Assembly: GCA_026003475.1 (NCBI GenBank)
Contig: BPHJ01000001.1
Location: 1,922,098 to 1,986,097, forward strand
Length of the DNA stretch: 64,000 nt
Source: Candidatus Kapaibacterium sp.
Lineage (GTDB): Bacteria; Bacteroidota; Ignavibacteria; Kapaibacteriales; NICIL-2
Direction of reading: 5' to 3'
Each line of letters starts with the position of its first letter. Position 1 is the first letter of the stretch. This document shows, piece by piece, positions 1 to 11,451 of the stretch. Made by a program: the position numbers and the translations under genes. The notes below the pieces were generated by a model. It was not told the origin of the DNA, searched no databases, and saw only the letters and a list, made by a program, of their open reading frames with translations.

Positions 1-424
1 CACCGGTGGAGGTCTCAGCATGGACAACCCACAGGCTCCTGGCTTGGGGAGCATCAGCAAGCACTGCTTCAACCTGATCGAGCGCGATATTTTCGCCCCA
101 CGCAGATTCGACGCGGTGAACACCGACCCCGAACCGTTCCAGCATCGCTGCCCAGCGCGCCCCGAAGCGTCCGTGGATGCAGACGACTGCTTCCGAACCC
201 GGTAGGTGCAGCATCCGTGCCACTGCCTCGTGAGCACCCGTGGCCGAACAGGTAAGCACCACCACAGGCGACGCAGTGTGGAACAGCCAGCGAAGGCGCG
301 TCTGAAGCTGTGCCATGAGCTCCTCGAATTGCCGTTGCCGGTGCGAGAGCGGTTGCTGTGCTGCTGCGGCGAGAACCGACGGGTGCACCGGCACTGGTCC
401 TGGCGTAAAAAGTCGGACGTTCAT
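1..424 (-). CDS. Class V PLP aminotransferase (alanine-glyoxylate/serine-pyruvate family), runs off left edge
   Basis: Manual translation from ATG at 424: MNVRLFTPGPVPVHPSVL...LTCSATGAHEA...HGRFGARW...VVHAETSTG; PGP and HxETSTG motifs. Confidence 0.85.
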   Translation of the reverse strand, partial: MNVRLFTPGPVPVHPSVLAAAAQQPLSHRQRQFEELMAQLQTRLRWLFHTASPVVVLTCSATGAHEAVARMLHLPGSEAVVCIHGRFGARWAAMLERFGVGVHRVESAWGENIALDQVEAVLADAPQARSLWVVHAETSTG

Positions 425-478
425 TCCGCTTCCGTTGCATCAAGCAGACATGTTGTGCGAAAATCGGATACTCTCCAC

Positions 479-1642
479 GTGCAGGCACACCAGAGGCGAC
501 TGATCGCAACAATTTTCGCGCTGACCCTGATGGTCGGCGTTGGCACGTCAACAATGCCACCGGCGCTGGCTGCCGTTCAGCAACACTTCGGCATTTCGCC
601 GGATGTTGCCGGTATCTTGCTGGCAGTGTTCACACTGCCCGGATTGGTGCTGACACCAGTGCTCGGCTACATTGCCGATCGGATTGGTCGGCGGGTGGTG
701 GTCGTTAGCTCCTTGGTGATCTTCGCCGGCGCTGGGGCTGCGGCACTGCTTGCAGAGCACTTCGGACATTTGGTCGTGGTTCGGTTGGTGCAAGGTGTGG
801 GCGCCGCCTCGCTTGGTGCGCTCAACGTTGCGCTCATCAGCGATTTTTTCACCGGAACCGAGCGGGTGCGCCTGCTCGGTTTCAATCACAGCGTCCTTTC
901 GATAGGAACAGCTCTCCTGCCCGTTGTCAGTGGGTGGTTAGCAGCCCTGCAGTGGCGATTGCCCTTTGCACTGCCGCTCGTTGGCATCCTGGTCGCTGCC
1001 GCTGTACTGGCGTGGATACCGCCTGTTCACCATACCTCTGCACCAGGGGAACACGGAAGCTCCCCATCTCAACCGAGCACACTCCCTTGGCGGCAGCTCG
1101 GCCTGCTACTGGCGATCAGCATAGTGACGTATGCTCTGCTGTTTGGACCCTTCCTCAACTACGTGCAGGAACGCATACGGTTGCTCGATCCCACCGCACC
1201 GAAGCTCTACGAACGCATCGGTGTGATGGTCGGGCTTATGTCGGTTGCAACGACTATTGGTGCGCTCTTTGTCGGACGACTGGCTAAGCGATTATCGCTT
1301 GCTGTCCTGGTGCAGTGTGCCTGCGCACTGTATGCTGCTGCACTGGTGCTCTTTATGCTCATGCCAAGCTACGCCTTTCTCGTTGTGCCAACGATTGTGT
1401 TCGGTTTGGCCCAGGCGATCAATCAACCGGTTGTGCAATCGTTGGTAGCGGCGCTGTCGCCACCAGAGCGCAGCGGAACCATCCTCTCGCTCAATCGGGC
1501 GGCAGCACTAGTCGGACAGACGGCAGGACCATTGATCTTCGGCGCGGTGTACCGTGCTGGCGGAGTGGATGCGGTGTTTTGGGTTGGTGCTGGGCTTGCA
1601 GTAGGGTGTGTTGTTGCACTGCGCCGATTCGGCGGAACCTAA
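479..1642 (+). CDS. MFS transporter
   Basis: Multiple TM segments, motif A GYIADRIGRR; GTG start at 479 chosen within ORF 206..1642. Confidence 0.9.
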   Translation: MQAHQRRLIATIFALTLMVGVGTSTMPPALAAVQQHFGISPDVAGILLAVFTLPGLVLTPVLGYIADRIGRRVVVVSSLVIFAGAGAAALLAEHFGHLVVVRLVQGVGAASLGALNVALISDFFTGTERVRLLGFNHSVLSIGTALLPVVSGWLAALQWRLPFALPLVGILVAAAVLAWIPPVHHTSAPGEHGSSPSQPSTLPWRQLGLLLAISIVTYALLFGPFLNYVQERIRLLDPTAPKLYERIGVMVGLMSVATTIGALFVGRLAKRLSLAVLVQCACALYAAALVLFMLMPSYAFLVVPTIVFGLAQAINQPVVQSLVAALSPPERSGTILSLNRAAALVGQTAGPLIFGAVYRAGGVDAVFWVGAGLAVGCVVALRRFGGT

Positions 1643-1724
1643 GTTCAACAGCGCCCAGGCACGAGAGTTTGCCGTTCCACGTCTGTTGTGGCAGGTACAT
1701 TGCCCCACGGTGATCGGCAGAGCA

Positions 1725-2420
1725 ATGAAGATGCATTCCGTTCTTCGATGGCTATCGCGCCTTGCATTGATTGGTGCCGCACTGGTATTGATCGCTGGCG
1801 ATGCGGCAGCACAGCGACGCGGCGGTTCGTTTGGTGGATCGCGCAGCGCGGTTCGTAGCTACAGCATACCGCGCTCGGCACCGCCAGCAAGTTCGTTCGG
1901 CGGGCGACGGTCAGCGAGCGTTCCCCGTGCCACACCGCCGACAACCTCGTTTGGTCGGTATCGGAGCGAATCCCCCACCTTACCCCGTGCTGCAAGCATA
2001 CCCACTCGTGCCATCGGTACGCCACTTGGCACACCGGAAAGCTATCGCCGTTCCTACGGTATCCCACGACGGCAAGAAGTCCGAACCCTCACCACACCAG
2101 AGGGTCAGCGAAACGTCATCGTACACTCCTACGGCGGCTACGGCGATGGCCTGCTGCTTGGCTATTTGATGGGACAAACCTCGTGGCTTTGGTTTACGCC
2201 CTTCCATCCAGCGTTCTACTACACCCAGCCATACTACGTCCCGCGTCCGGATGGAACGGTGGAGTACTACCCGCCGACGTTTTCGCTGGCGAAGTTGCTG
2301 TTTGTGCTCATCGTCCTTGCGGCGATTGCCTTCATCGTGTGGGTGATCATTCGTAATCGTCGCGTGCAGCGGGGCATGCTCTCGGCTCAGAGGTTGTCGC
2401 GATCGTCGTTCGGGGGCTAA
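1725..2420 (+). CDS. Hypothetical membrane protein (signal peptide, RGGSFGG low-complexity region, C-terminal TM)
   Basis: ORF 1608..2420, ATG at 1725; hydrophobic N- and C-terminal segments. Confidence 0.7.
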   Translation: MKMHSVLRWLSRLALIGAALVLIAGDAAAQRRGGSFGGSRSAVRSYSIPRSAPPASSFGGRRSASVPRATPPTTSFGRYRSESPTLPRAASIPTRAIGTPLGTPESYRRSYGIPRRQEVRTLTTPEGQRNVIVHSYGGYGDGLLLGYLMGQTSWLWFTPFHPAFYYTQPYYVPRPDGTVEYYPPTFSLAKLLFVLIVLAAIAFIVWVIIRNRRVQRGMLSAQRLSRSSFGG

Positions 2421-3451
2421 GATTTGAGCCAGAAGCAGATCGTCGTCCCTGCACCAACCTCGCTATGGAGTTCGAAGGGAGCGCGGTGTGCTTCGAGGAT
2501 GTGCTTGACGATTGCCAAGCCTAAACCACTGCCGCCAACTGCACGCGACCGCGCTGCATCGGTGCGGTAGAATCGCTCGAATACGCGCGCCTGGTGCTCC
2601 GGTGCAATGCCGATGCCGGTATCTTCCACGCTGACGGCAACCCGCCCATTGTCTCGTTCAATCCGAACGGTGACGCTCCCGCCGGGCACATTGTACTTGA
2701 TCGCGTTCGAGATCAGATTTGCCAGGACCTGCCCAATCCGATCCCGATCACCATAGGCAAGCTGTTCACGCGGAGCCAGGACCTGCAACGCCACCTGCTG
2801 CTGCATTGCTTGTCCCTCGAATTGCTGCGCGATCGTTCGGGCCAGCTCGGCAATGTCGAAGTAGCGGAAACTCATCCGCATTTCACCCGATTCGATTCGC
2901 GCAATTTCGACCAGGTCTGCCAGCAGCGCCGATAGCCGTTGGAGATTGGCGTGCACCTTTTCCAGAAATGACCGTGCGACCCATGGATCCTCGAGTGCAC
3001 CATCGAGCAGCGTCTCGAGGTAGCCTTCCATCGCAAACAGGGGCGTCCGCAGCTCGTGGGAGACATTCGCCAGAAACTGGGAGCGAACCTTTTGCAAATG
3101 CTCGACGGACTGTTCGACGGCCTCCATTCGATCGGCAACACGTTCGGTTGCTCGAGCAAGCTCGTCGAGGGCAGCAATCCGATAGCGCCGCATCGCTGTC
3201 CGATGTCCCAGCGATAGTGCCGAGAGCGCAGCAGTGATTTCTTCCAGCGGCAGCACCAGGTGGCGCTGCAGCCAGCGCTCGACCAGGATGCGCACCGCTG
3301 CAATCGCACCCACCCCCACCAGTGCCCACACACCCCAGAGTCCGGTCTCCTCTGCCCAGAGCAGCAGGCCTCCACTGGCAAGCCATGCGAGCACAATGCC
3401 CGCCGACGCCACACCAGTAATCCGACGATCGAGCGACCAACGATATGCCAT
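2417..3451 (-). CDS. Sensor histidine kinase (PhoR-like)
   Basis: H-box [14 protein letters not shown]-box [11 protein letters not shown]-boxes DTGIGI and [12 protein letters not shown]. Confidence 0.93.
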   Translation of the reverse strand: MAYRWSLDRRITGVASAGIVLAWLASGGLLLWAEETGLWGVWALVGVGAIAAVRILVERWLQRHLVLPLEEITAALSALSLGHRTAMRRYRIAALDELARATERVADRMEAVEQSVEHLQKVRSQFLANVSHELRTPLFAMEGYLETLLDGALEDPWVARSFLEKVHANLQRLSALLADLVEIARIESGEMRMSFRYFDIAELARTIAQQFEGQAMQQQVALQVLAPREQLAYGDRDRIGQVLANLISNAIKYNVPGGSVTVRIERDNGRVAVSVEDTGIGIAPEHQARVFERFYRTDAARSRAVGGSGLGLAIVKHILEAHRAPFELHSEVGAGTTICFWLKS

Positions 3452-3530
3452 TTCAAGCAGCAAACTTACGGGCTGGCTATTACCGCAGCGTAATTTTGCA
3501 ACCGCACTGTTCACCACCCAGCAGACACCT

Positions 3531-4632
3531 ATGTTCGAGCCACAGCGTCAGCGATTGGAGGAATGCCAGCAGCGTATCGAGCAACTTGGGAGGTTTCTTT
3601 GACATCCCCGGCAAGAACACCCTTCGCGCTGAACTTCTCGAGCAAAGCCACGCACCAACATTTTGGGATGATCCCACCGCTGCACAGGCGGTGATGCGCC
3701 AATTGGCGGCAGTGGAGGAAACCATTGACCGCTGGAATGCTCTCCGCCGCAGCGCCGACGACATTGCTGCGCTGCTGGAACTGGCAAGTGATGCTGGGGA
3801 CGAATCGCTCACCGGCGAACTTGATAGCGAGCTGGACCGACTCGAAGCTGCACTCAATACTGCAGAACTTGAGCAGCTCCTCTCCGGCGATAGCGACCGT
3901 CTCGGCGCCATCGTGGACATCAATGCCGGCGCTGGGGGCACCGAAGCACAAGACTGGGCAGAAATGCTCATGCGCATGTACACCCGCTGGGCTGAGCGCA
4001 AAGGGTATCGCGTCAGTCTCGCCGACATGGTCGAAGGCGACGTCGCCGGCATCAAATCGGCAACACTCGAAATCGAGGGTCCCTACGCCTACGGTTACCT
4101 CAAGGGCGAAAGCGGCGTGCATCGCTTAGTGCGCATTTCTCCCTTCGACAGTAACGCCCGGCGCCACACCTCGTTTGCATCGGTGTTTGTCTATCCACTC
4201 GTGGATGATTCGATCAGCATCGAGATCAATCCCGCCGACATCGAGATGGAAACCTTCCGCTCCGGTGGCAAGGGAGGACAGAACGTCAACAAGGTCGAAA
4301 CTGCCGTGCGCTTGCGCCACATCCCGACCGGCATTGTGGTGAGCTGTCAGCAGGAACGTTCTCAGCATCAGAACCGCCAACGTGCCCTGCGTATGCTCAA
4401 AGCCAAGCTCTATCAACGCGAGTTGGAACAACGCATGGCTGAACAAGCTGCCCTCGAAAGTCAGAAGAAGAAAATCGAGTGGGGAAGCCAAATCCGCTCC
4501 TATGTTTTCCAGCCGTACACCATGGTCAACGACCACCGCACCGAGCTGAAAAAAACCGACGTCCACGCTGTCATGGATGGCGACCTTGACGACTTCATCA
4601 AGGCATACTTGCTCCAGAGTGTTGATCACTAA
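3531..4632 (+). CDS. prfB: Peptide chain release factor 2, +1 programmed frameshift at CTT-TGA-C (3597-3603)
   Basis: Short [11 protein letters not shown]...GRFL* then +1 frame with SPF and GGQ motifs; GGGAGG just upstream of CTTTGAC. Confidence 0.97.
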
Positions 4633-6242
4633 GCTCGGGCAATTCGGCGCTGGCGCACGCCCCACACAAGAAGGGTTCCCCCAGCTACCAGCACCATCCC
4701 GATTGGTAGCCAGTCTCCGGCGCGGACGTACAACGTCTGCTCGTGCTGCGGCACAACCGTTCCCGCAAGCGCGACCGCAACCCGTGCTGGGGCTCGCTGT
4801 ACCACACTTCCCAACGGCGAAATGAATCCACTGATGCCGCTGTTGGTACACCGAACAACCGGTCGCCGCGTTTCGATGGCACGCATCTGCGCAATGGCAA
4901 AATGCTGGTCGGGTCCGGGCGTGCCATCATACCATGCATCGTTGGTGATGACCGCCAACACATCAGCACCCCGGCGGACGTAGTCAGCACAGTAGTCCGG
5001 GTAGATGCTCTCGATGCAAATCATCACTCCCAGTCGAAGGAGCGTATCGCTGCCTCGCTGAAGGGGAAGCACTGTCGCTCCCGGACCTTTTGCCCAACTG
5101 GAAATGCCGACACCCCACTGGAGCATGCGCGCTAAGGCAGGAAATGCATCCGAAAATGGCATGTACTCACCGAACGGCGTCAGCCGTGATTTGCGATGCA
5201 TCGGGAAGCGCTCAGCATTCGGCGTAACGAGCACGGCCGCATTGTACGCGCGCAGTGGACGGTAGCCTTCGACGTCGGCAAAGCCGGTCACCACGGCAGT
5301 TCCGGTGCTGTCGCACCACCGTTGAATCCGTTCCAGCAGAGGCGAACCGGTGGCATCGAGGAGATTGACGGGCAGTGCGGTCTCGCTCCAGAGGGCAAGG
5401 TCGAATCGTGTGGTGCGCCGCAGCGAATCCTGGAGCGCCAGGTGCTGTTCGAGCATTGGACCCACGTCGGCATATCCCCACTTGCGCCAGGGGTTGATGT
5501 TCGGTTGCACAACGGCGATCCGGTAGGGCGTCGAGCTGGAGGGTGAATATTCCATCAATCGCAGCACGCCATAGAGCAGCGGCACTCCTACCACCGCCAC
5601 CATCCATGCCCCCAATTGGAGCGCTCCCTCCAGTGGCGACCGACTGAGTACGTTCTGGCTCATGGCATGGCAAATCCAGCCGTAAATCACCGCATTGAGC
5701 GCGATCACAACGGCACTGACTCCCCAAACGCCTGTGATGTCGGCAATCTGCACCAGTGCACTGCTCCGCAGTTGGGTGTACCCAAGCGCCAACCATGGGT
5801 AGCTCAAATCCCCGAGGGAATGGAGCCATTCGATGCCAACCTGGAGCGCTACCATTACCACAAGCGCTGCCGATAGCGGGAATGCTCGCTTGCGCAACAG
5901 TGCATAGGCAGCAAGCGACGGGAGCAAAAACAGCGGATGGACAAGCCACAGCACCGCTCCTGCAACCATTAGGTACGGATCGGTTTCCTTTTGCCAACTC
6001 ATCACCCACCAATTGGCCGCCCCGTGCCATGCCCACGCGAAGGCATACAGCAAGCCAAACCACCGTTTCTTCTGCTCCACTGCCCGATCCAAGAGCGCCA
6101 GCATTGGAACAAATGCGACCCACGCCAGCGGTCCCAGCACCGTCGGCGGATATGCCGCCCCAAGAGCAGCACCAGCAACCAGCGCAACACCCCATCGGTA
6201 TCGCCAGAGCATCCCATCCCAAAGTGCAGGTGGCTGCTTCAT
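4629..6242 (-). CDS. lnt: Apolipoprotein N-acyltransferase
   Basis: [31 protein letters not shown] motifs. Confidence 0.95.
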   Translation of the reverse strand: MKQPPALWDGMLWRYRWGVALVAGAALGAAYPPTVLGPLAWVAFVPMLALLDRAVEQKKRWFGLLYAFAWAWHGAANWWVMSWQKETDPYLMVAGAVLWLVHPLFLLPSLAAYALLRKRAFPLSAALVVMVALQVGIEWLHSLGDLSYPWLALGYTQLRSSALVQIADITGVWGVSAVVIALNAVIYGWICHAMSQNVLSRSPLEGALQLGAWMVAVVGVPLLYGVLRLMEYSPSSSTPYRIAVVQPNINPWRKWGYADVGPMLEQHLALQDSLRRTTRFDLALWSETALPVNLLDATGSPLLERIQRWCDSTGTAVVTGFADVEGYRPLRAYNAAVLVTPNAERFPMHRKSRLTPFGEYMPFSDAFPALARMLQWGVGISSWAKGPGATVLPLQRGSDTLLRLGVMICIESIYPDYCADYVRRGADVLAVITNDAWYDGTPGPDQHFAIAQMRAIETRRPVVRCTNSGISGFISPLGSVVQRAPARVAVALAGTVVPQHEQTLYVRAGDWLPIGMVLVAGGTLLVWGVRQRRIARA

Positions 6243-6255
6243 CGCACAATCGCCG

Positions 6256-7302
6256 TCAGAGCCCTGCAGCAGCGCTGAAAACAACCGGCAGTAGTGCTCG
6301 GCTGCGTTCTGTTCCTGAGCGTGGATCTAGCGCAATAAGCCGAGTCCCACCATCGGCAGCGGCCCACACCAGCAACAGATCCCGCGCAAAATCATAGGCC
6401 CCGCCATCGAACGAGCCGACAAGCACTGTTCCGAGCAGACGCTCGCCGGCAAGGTCCAGCAACTGCACTTCCCCATCGAGCAACACAATGCCCGTACCGG
6501 CAGTCGTTGCAGCAACGATCCCGCGTGGCACGGTGCCGAGCGCATCCTGCCCGAACTGCGAAAGTTCCAGTTGGGTGGTTATTTGCTGACTGAGTGGGTT
6601 GTAGAACGTCGCCATTGCTGCGCTCGGCTGCTCACCCTGCGCAAGCTTTCCACTTCCCAGCGAGACAATGCAAAAACTACTGGCGCTGCTCCCCCCAGCA
6701 GCAACAAATGTCGGGTACGGCGCAACACCGACGGTATGGGTAACTGCATTCGTGCGCGTGTCAATGATGCTGACCGTTCCATCCCGCTGATTGCACACTG
6801 CAACCTGATTCCCCAATGAAGCGATGGCAACGGGTGCAACGCCGACCCTAATTGTTCCGACCGCCTGATATGTTGTCAAGTCCACCACGGTCACGGTCGA
6901 GTCTCCATTGGCAGTGTAGGCGGTCGTGCCGTTGGGGAAGCAGATGCTTATAGGTGCATGCGGGGCCGTCGAAATTCGAGCAAGGCGTTTGTAGGTCGCT
7001 GCATCGAGCACCTCGATACGCTGCTGCTGGGGCTGCAACAGAAACAGCATCGAGCGAAACTGCGCAATCATGCTGACGCTGCCATCCAGCGGTGCTCCAT
7101 TGGCAGCAGCATACACATCCGCACTAACGGCAGTGCCCTCGGGCATTCGGTAGAGCGCCAGTTGGGTTTGGTTACCGGCAGGTACCGCTGCTAGCAAGTG
7201 CCATTGCTGTGTTGCTGCGTTAACTAGCTCATCGCTGGGACAGCCGCCAACGATCAATGCCACCGCCGCCACTGCAATGACGGTGATGCCGCGTCGTATC
7301 AT
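6256..7302 (-). CDS. YncE/YVTN-type beta-propeller lipoprotein
   Basis: Lipobox-like LIVGGC; repeats such as TVSIIDTRTNAVTHTVGV. Confidence 0.75.
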   Translation of the reverse strand: MIRRGITVIAVAAVALIVGGCPSDELVNAATQQWHLLAAVPAGNQTQLALYRMPEGTAVSADVYAAANGAPLDGSVSMIAQFRSMLFLLQPQQQRIEVLDAATYKRLARISTAPHAPISICFPNGTTAYTANGDSTVTVVDLTTYQAVGTIRVGVAPVAIASLGNQVAVCNQRDGTVSIIDTRTNAVTHTVGVAPYPTFVAAGGSSASSFCIVSLGSGKLAQGEQPSAAMATFYNPLSQQITTQLELSQFGQDALGTVPRGIVAATTAGTGIVLLDGEVQLLDLAGERLLGTVLVGSFDGGAYDFARDLLLVWAAADGGTRLIALDPRSGTERSRALLPVVFSAAAGL

Positions 7303-7323
7303 CGCTCGAGCTCCATGCATGGA

Positions 7324-8499
7324 CTATGCCTGTGCGCCGTGATGCGATTGCAAAAGTACTGCTTCCAACCTTTCGGCTGCAGTAGCGGCAACCAAGCTCC
7401 CCAGGGCAACACCCATGCCGTTGCAACCGAATACTCCCAGCACACAATCAGCACACCACTCCACCGCTGGCAATGCCGGCTCCCGAAAACCCATGATCCC
7501 CGCCCAACGATGCGCGATCTGCACCGATACGCCGGGAATGATGAGCGTGCGCAAGTACTCTTCCAGTTGGGATTGAATGCGCTCGGTCAGTGCCAGTTGG
7601 TCGGTTGTTTCGCCCTCGAGGTCCAAATTGCGCCCGCCGCCGAAGAGAATACGCCTGCCAACATTGCGGAAGTAGTAGTAGCCTTCGTCGAAGTGGAACA
7701 CGCCATCCCAGGGCAAGCGATCGAGTGGTTCGGTGATGAGCACTTGCCCGCGTCCGGGACGAGCAGCAAGACACGGTGCAAGGCTCGGTGCAAGAGCATT
7801 TGTCGCAACAGCAGCTACTCGAGCACGAAAGCGGAGCTGGCCGCCAATGGCTGTTCCCGCAAGCAGCTCGGCACCATCGGCGCTGGGTTCGACCCGAAGG
7901 ACCGGCGTTCCAGTCAGCACCAATCCCCCACGCTCGGTAACGTAGCGCAGCAACGCCCGCATCATCTGTCCGGTGTTGATCCGTCCTTCGTGTGGCAGTG
8001 CAAGCAGATGCTCAACGCTACTGCCAAAACCAAATTCGGCGATCCGCTCATCGCACTGCACCACGTAGGTGCTCCCAAACACCGGCTGCAGCAGCGTATT
8101 GATTTTGTCGAGCCAATCGAGGACGGCAGCATGATTGCCCCACACAAGCTCGTAGCCCCCGCACTGCTGGTAGCCGATCGCTTCGTCGCCAAGTCGGGTA
8201 CGGAGCCGTTCCAAACCTTGCTTGCGCATCCGCACCAACTCCACGACTGCATCTGTTCCCAGTGTGCGGACATCTCGCCAGAGCTCGGTCGGCGAACCAT
8301 AGCACGCAAAGCCAGCATTCTTTGTGCTCGCACCTGTCGGGAGTGTGTTGCGTTCGAGCACAACAACACGCAGGTTTTCGTCACGCTCGAGCAACTCAGC
8401 AGCCAACGATAGCCCAATGATTCCTGCCCCGACGATGCAGACATCGGCACGGAGAAACTCTTCCTGTTCCCAAAACGAAATCGTCGCGTCTATCGGCAT
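7324..8499 (-). CDS. FAD-dependent oxidoreductase (DAO family)
   Basis: IVGAGIIG, GASTKNAGF, GCNGMG motifs. Confidence 0.9.
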   Translation of the reverse strand: MPIDATISFWEQEEFLRADVCIVGAGIIGLSLAAELLERDENLRVVVLERNTLPTGASTKNAGFACYGSPTELWRDVRTLGTDAVVELVRMRKQGLERLRTRLGDEAIGYQQCGGYELVWGNHAAVLDWLDKINTLLQPVFGSTYVVQCDERIAEFGFGSSVEHLLALPHEGRINTGQMMRALLRYVTERGGLVLTGTPVLRVEPSADGAELLAGTAIGGQLRFRARVAAVATNALAPSLAPCLAARPGRGQVLITEPLDRLPWDGVFHFDEGYYYFRNVGRRILFGGGRNLDLEGETTDQLALTERIQSQLEEYLRTLIIPGVSVQIAHRWAGIMGFREPALPAVEWCADCVLGVFGCNGMGVALGSLVAATAAERLEAVLLQSHHGAQA

Positions 8500-8538
8500 C
8501 GAACCAGTACACGGAGTGTGACCATTTCAACCGGACCA

Positions 8539-9831
8539 TCAGTGTGCAATTGCGTAGTAGGTTGCCAAGGCAGCCGCAGCAGCAGCCACCATTGGCAGAG
8601 CGACCTGCCGGACAATCTGCTTCGGTTCGGTATTGGTGAGCTGTGCCGAAAAAATCACCACTGCTGCCAGCGGCGACATCGTTCGTCCCAGCGATGCACC
8701 GATAGCACCGAGCGCGCCAAGATGAACTGCCATCTTCAGTCCCGCGGCCTCAACCATGCTCGGCAGCACTGCTTTGGAAAAGGTCACACTCGGCGCCGTT
8801 CCGGATCCGGACATCACCGCCAGCGCCATTGTTGTGACCAGTGCAAGCATCGGTGCAGCATTGCCGGCACCACTGAGAAGCGCCACCAAGTGCTCGATAA
8901 CCCCCATTGCTCGCAGCCCTTCGAGGAAACAAGCAGCAGCGATGATGATCGAGATCACGTTGGCAAAGCCATAGCCAAGACCCTCGAAGAAACTGCGCGT
9001 CAGCTCGGATGCCTTCCGCCAGTGGAGCGCAATCGCCAGTGCCGCACACGGCACCATCACATGCGAAACCGGCACTCCCGACGGATACAGATCGGCTATC
9101 AGGGGAATCAATCGCCACTGGGGCAATAAGGCAAAGAGCAGCACGATGGGAAGCGGTGGCAGCAGCGCCAGCACCAGTGATGGCCGCGCTACGGTCACTG
9201 GTGCTGCACCAGCAGTGGTGCGATTGCCCGCAAGTGCACGGACACTCAGGACCAGCACCGCCACGGTAAACCCAACCAGATGCGGCAAACTTACCGCACT
9301 AATCGCCTGCGGTATCGGTGCCCCGGTCGCACTGGCAATGGTGACAATATCCGGCTCGCCCGGATTGAACAAATTTCCACCGGTCGAACACCCCAGCACT
9401 AACACCGCAGCGCTTGTTGTCGCGCTGTAGCCGACACTCTGCAGAAGAGGAACCAGAATCGGCCCGACAGCAGCGGCTGCAGCAGTTTGGCTGGTAATTG
9501 CCATGTTCACGGCAAACCCAACCATGCAGCCACCCAGAACCAGCAACCATCGCAGCCGACGAATTGGCCGCACGAACAATTCCACCATCGCGCGATCGGC
9601 ACCCAACGCCTTCAACACGAACGCATATCCCATCGCCGAGCAGATCGGACCGACAATGTTTCCATCCCCCATGGTCCGAAGAAACGCATCCAAGACCAAT
9701 TGTGGCTTCTGTGCAAGCATTGCCAACAGACTCCCGGCAGCAATCAACACAAGCCGCACATCCACACCACGCCAGACGAACGCCAGCGCACCGCCACTAA
9801 CCACCAATGCAACTGCAAGCTGCCAATCCAT
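8539..9831 (-). CDS. DcuC-family C4-dicarboxylate transporter
   Basis: Polytopic membrane protein with SGSGTAP and GRTMSPLAAV motifs. Confidence 0.8.
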   Translation of the reverse strand: MDWQLAVALVVSGGALAFVWRGVDVRLVLIAAGSLLAMLAQKPQLVLDAFLRTMGDGNIVGPICSAMGYAFVLKALGADRAMVELFVRPIRRLRWLLVLGGCMVGFAVNMAITSQTAAAAAVGPILVPLLQSVGYSATTSAAVLVLGCSTGGNLFNPGEPDIVTIASATGAPIPQAISAVSLPHLVGFTVAVLVLSVRALAGNRTTAGAAPVTVARPSLVLALLPPLPIVLLFALLPQWRLIPLIADLYPSGVPVSHVMVPCAALAIALHWRKASELTRSFFEGLGYGFANVISIIIAAACFLEGLRAMGVIEHLVALLSGAGNAAPMLALVTTMALAVMSGSGTAPSVTFSKAVLPSMVEAAGLKMAVHLGALGAIGASLGRTMSPLAAVVIFSAQLTNTEPKQIVRQVALPMVAAAAAALATYYAIAH

Positions 9832-9866
9832 CGGCTACCTCCACGTCAACTGCTGCGTGGTGCTGT

Positions 9867-11255
9867 TCATGCCATCACCACCGTTTTGACGTTGACAAAT
9901 TCCCGGAGCCCCAAAGGCGACAGTTCGCGTCCCCAGCCAGAGTCCTTGATGCCACCGAACGGCAAGCGTGGATCAGACCGAACGAATGCATTGACGAACA
10001 CAGAGCCTGCCTCCAATTGCGAAACAATCCGCTCAGCGCGCTCAGGATCCTCTGTGAACACGGCAGCACCTAAGCCATACGAAGAACGGTTTGCCAACGC
10101 AACAGCTTCCGCATCATCACCAGCGACGGTAATTGCGGCAAGGGGTCCGAAGGTTTCTTCGTCAAATGCCGCCATGCCGGGCGTCACGTTACTCAGCACG
10201 ATGGGACGAACAAAGGCACCCGTGCCCGTCGGGCCACCCTCGAGAAGGGACCGAGCACCGCGTTCGATGCTCTGCTGAGCCTGTCGGGCAAGGGTGTGCG
10301 CAAGGTCAACCCGCGCCAGCGGACCCAGCACTGTGCGCTCGTCGAGTGGGTCTTCGGGCTGGTAGCTGCGCATCTGTTCGACGAACATCTCCTCGAATTG
10401 GGCAGCGATCCGCTGATGGACGATGAATCGCTTGGCAGCGATGCAGCTTTGCCCACTGTTGACCATCCGCGCTGCCACACACGTCTCCACTGCTTTCGGA
10501 AGATCGGCATCGGCGAGAACAATGTACGGATCACTACCCCCAAGTTCAAGAACCGTCTTTTTGAGGGATTGCCCTGCCAAGGAAGCAACAATCCGACCGG
10601 CACGGGTGCTACCGGTGAGCGTCACCGCTGCAATGCGCCGATCGGCTATGATGCTGGCGATCTGTTCATGGGTGGCAAGAATTGTTCGATAAACTCCGCC
10701 CAGTCCACAGCTATCGGCAATGCGCTGCAACAACAGTGCGCAACCGGTCACCTCTGGAGAATGCTTGACCACAACAGCATTACCAGCAAGGAGCGACGGC
10801 ACTGCCGCACGAATGACTTGCCAAAAGGGGAAATTCCATGGCATGATCGCCAACACTACCCCGAGCGGATCGAAGTGCACTTGACTGATCGAGAACTCTG
10901 TCGGCACAGTCATCGGCGCAAGCGCTGCCACTGCTTGTTCTGCAAGAGAACGGCACGCCCAAGCACACTTTTCGATTTCGGCGCGCCCTTGCGCAATAGG
11001 TTTCCCCATCTCAATGGCTGCCAAACGGGCAGCATCCTCGCGATAAGTAAGCAATGATTTAGCAAGCTGCACAACCAGCCTCCGCCGCTCATCAAGACTG
11101 CTTATGCGCCATCGCAACTGTGCGGCAACAGCAGCATCGAGTATGGAACCAAGTTCTGCATCACTCATCACAGGGTAGCGCCCGACGACCTCATTAGTTG
11201 CTGGATTGCGGCTCCGAAATTCCACGGCTTGTGCGTGTACGTTCGACCAATACAC
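9867..11255 (-). CDS. NAD(P)-dependent succinate-semialdehyde dehydrogenase-like aldehyde dehydrogenase
   Basis: [43 protein letters not shown]; exact start uncertain. Confidence 0.92.
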   Translation of the reverse strand: MYWSNVHAQAVEFRSRNPATNEVVGRYPVMSDAELGSILDAAVAAQLRWRISSLDERRRLVVQLAKSLLTYREDAARLAAIEMGKPIAQGRAEIEKCAWACRSLAEQAVAALAPMTVPTEFSISQVHFDPLGVVLAIMPWNFPFWQVIRAAVPSLLAGNAVVVKHSPEVTGCALLLQRIADSCGLGGVYRTILATHEQIASIIADRRIAAVTLTGSTRAGRIVASLAGQSLKKTVLELGGSDPYIVLADADLPKAVETCVAARMVNSGQSCIAAKRFIVHQRIAAQFEEMFVEQMRSYQPEDPLDERTVLGPLARVDLAHTLARQAQQSIERGARSLLEGGPTGTGAFVRPIVLSNVTPGMAAFDEETFGPLAAITVAGDDAEAVALANRSSYGLGAAVFTEDPERAERIVSQLEAGSVFVNAFVRSDPRLPFGGIKDSGWGRELSPLGLREFVNVKTVVMA

Positions 11256-11370
11256 CCTGCAAAACTACTCGGTACCACTGCCAAGCAACAGTGGCTCGAC
11301 ACCACACATCCCCGACCTTGGCATTGTTCTTGCCATCCCAAGGCATCAAATCCTGTCCCTGCCGCACACC

Positions 11371-11401
11371 AAGGGGCGATTCCTCAGCGGAACCGCCCCT
11401 T
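11371..11401. terminator. GC-rich hairpin downstream of the TonB receptor gene (possible terminator)
   Basis: AAGGGGCGATTCC-tcagc-GGAACCGCCCCTT; no clear U-tract. Confidence 0.4.
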
Positions 11402-11451
11402 CGATCATACCACCACAATGCACGGATTTGCTGCGCATTCCAGCCAGGCAC

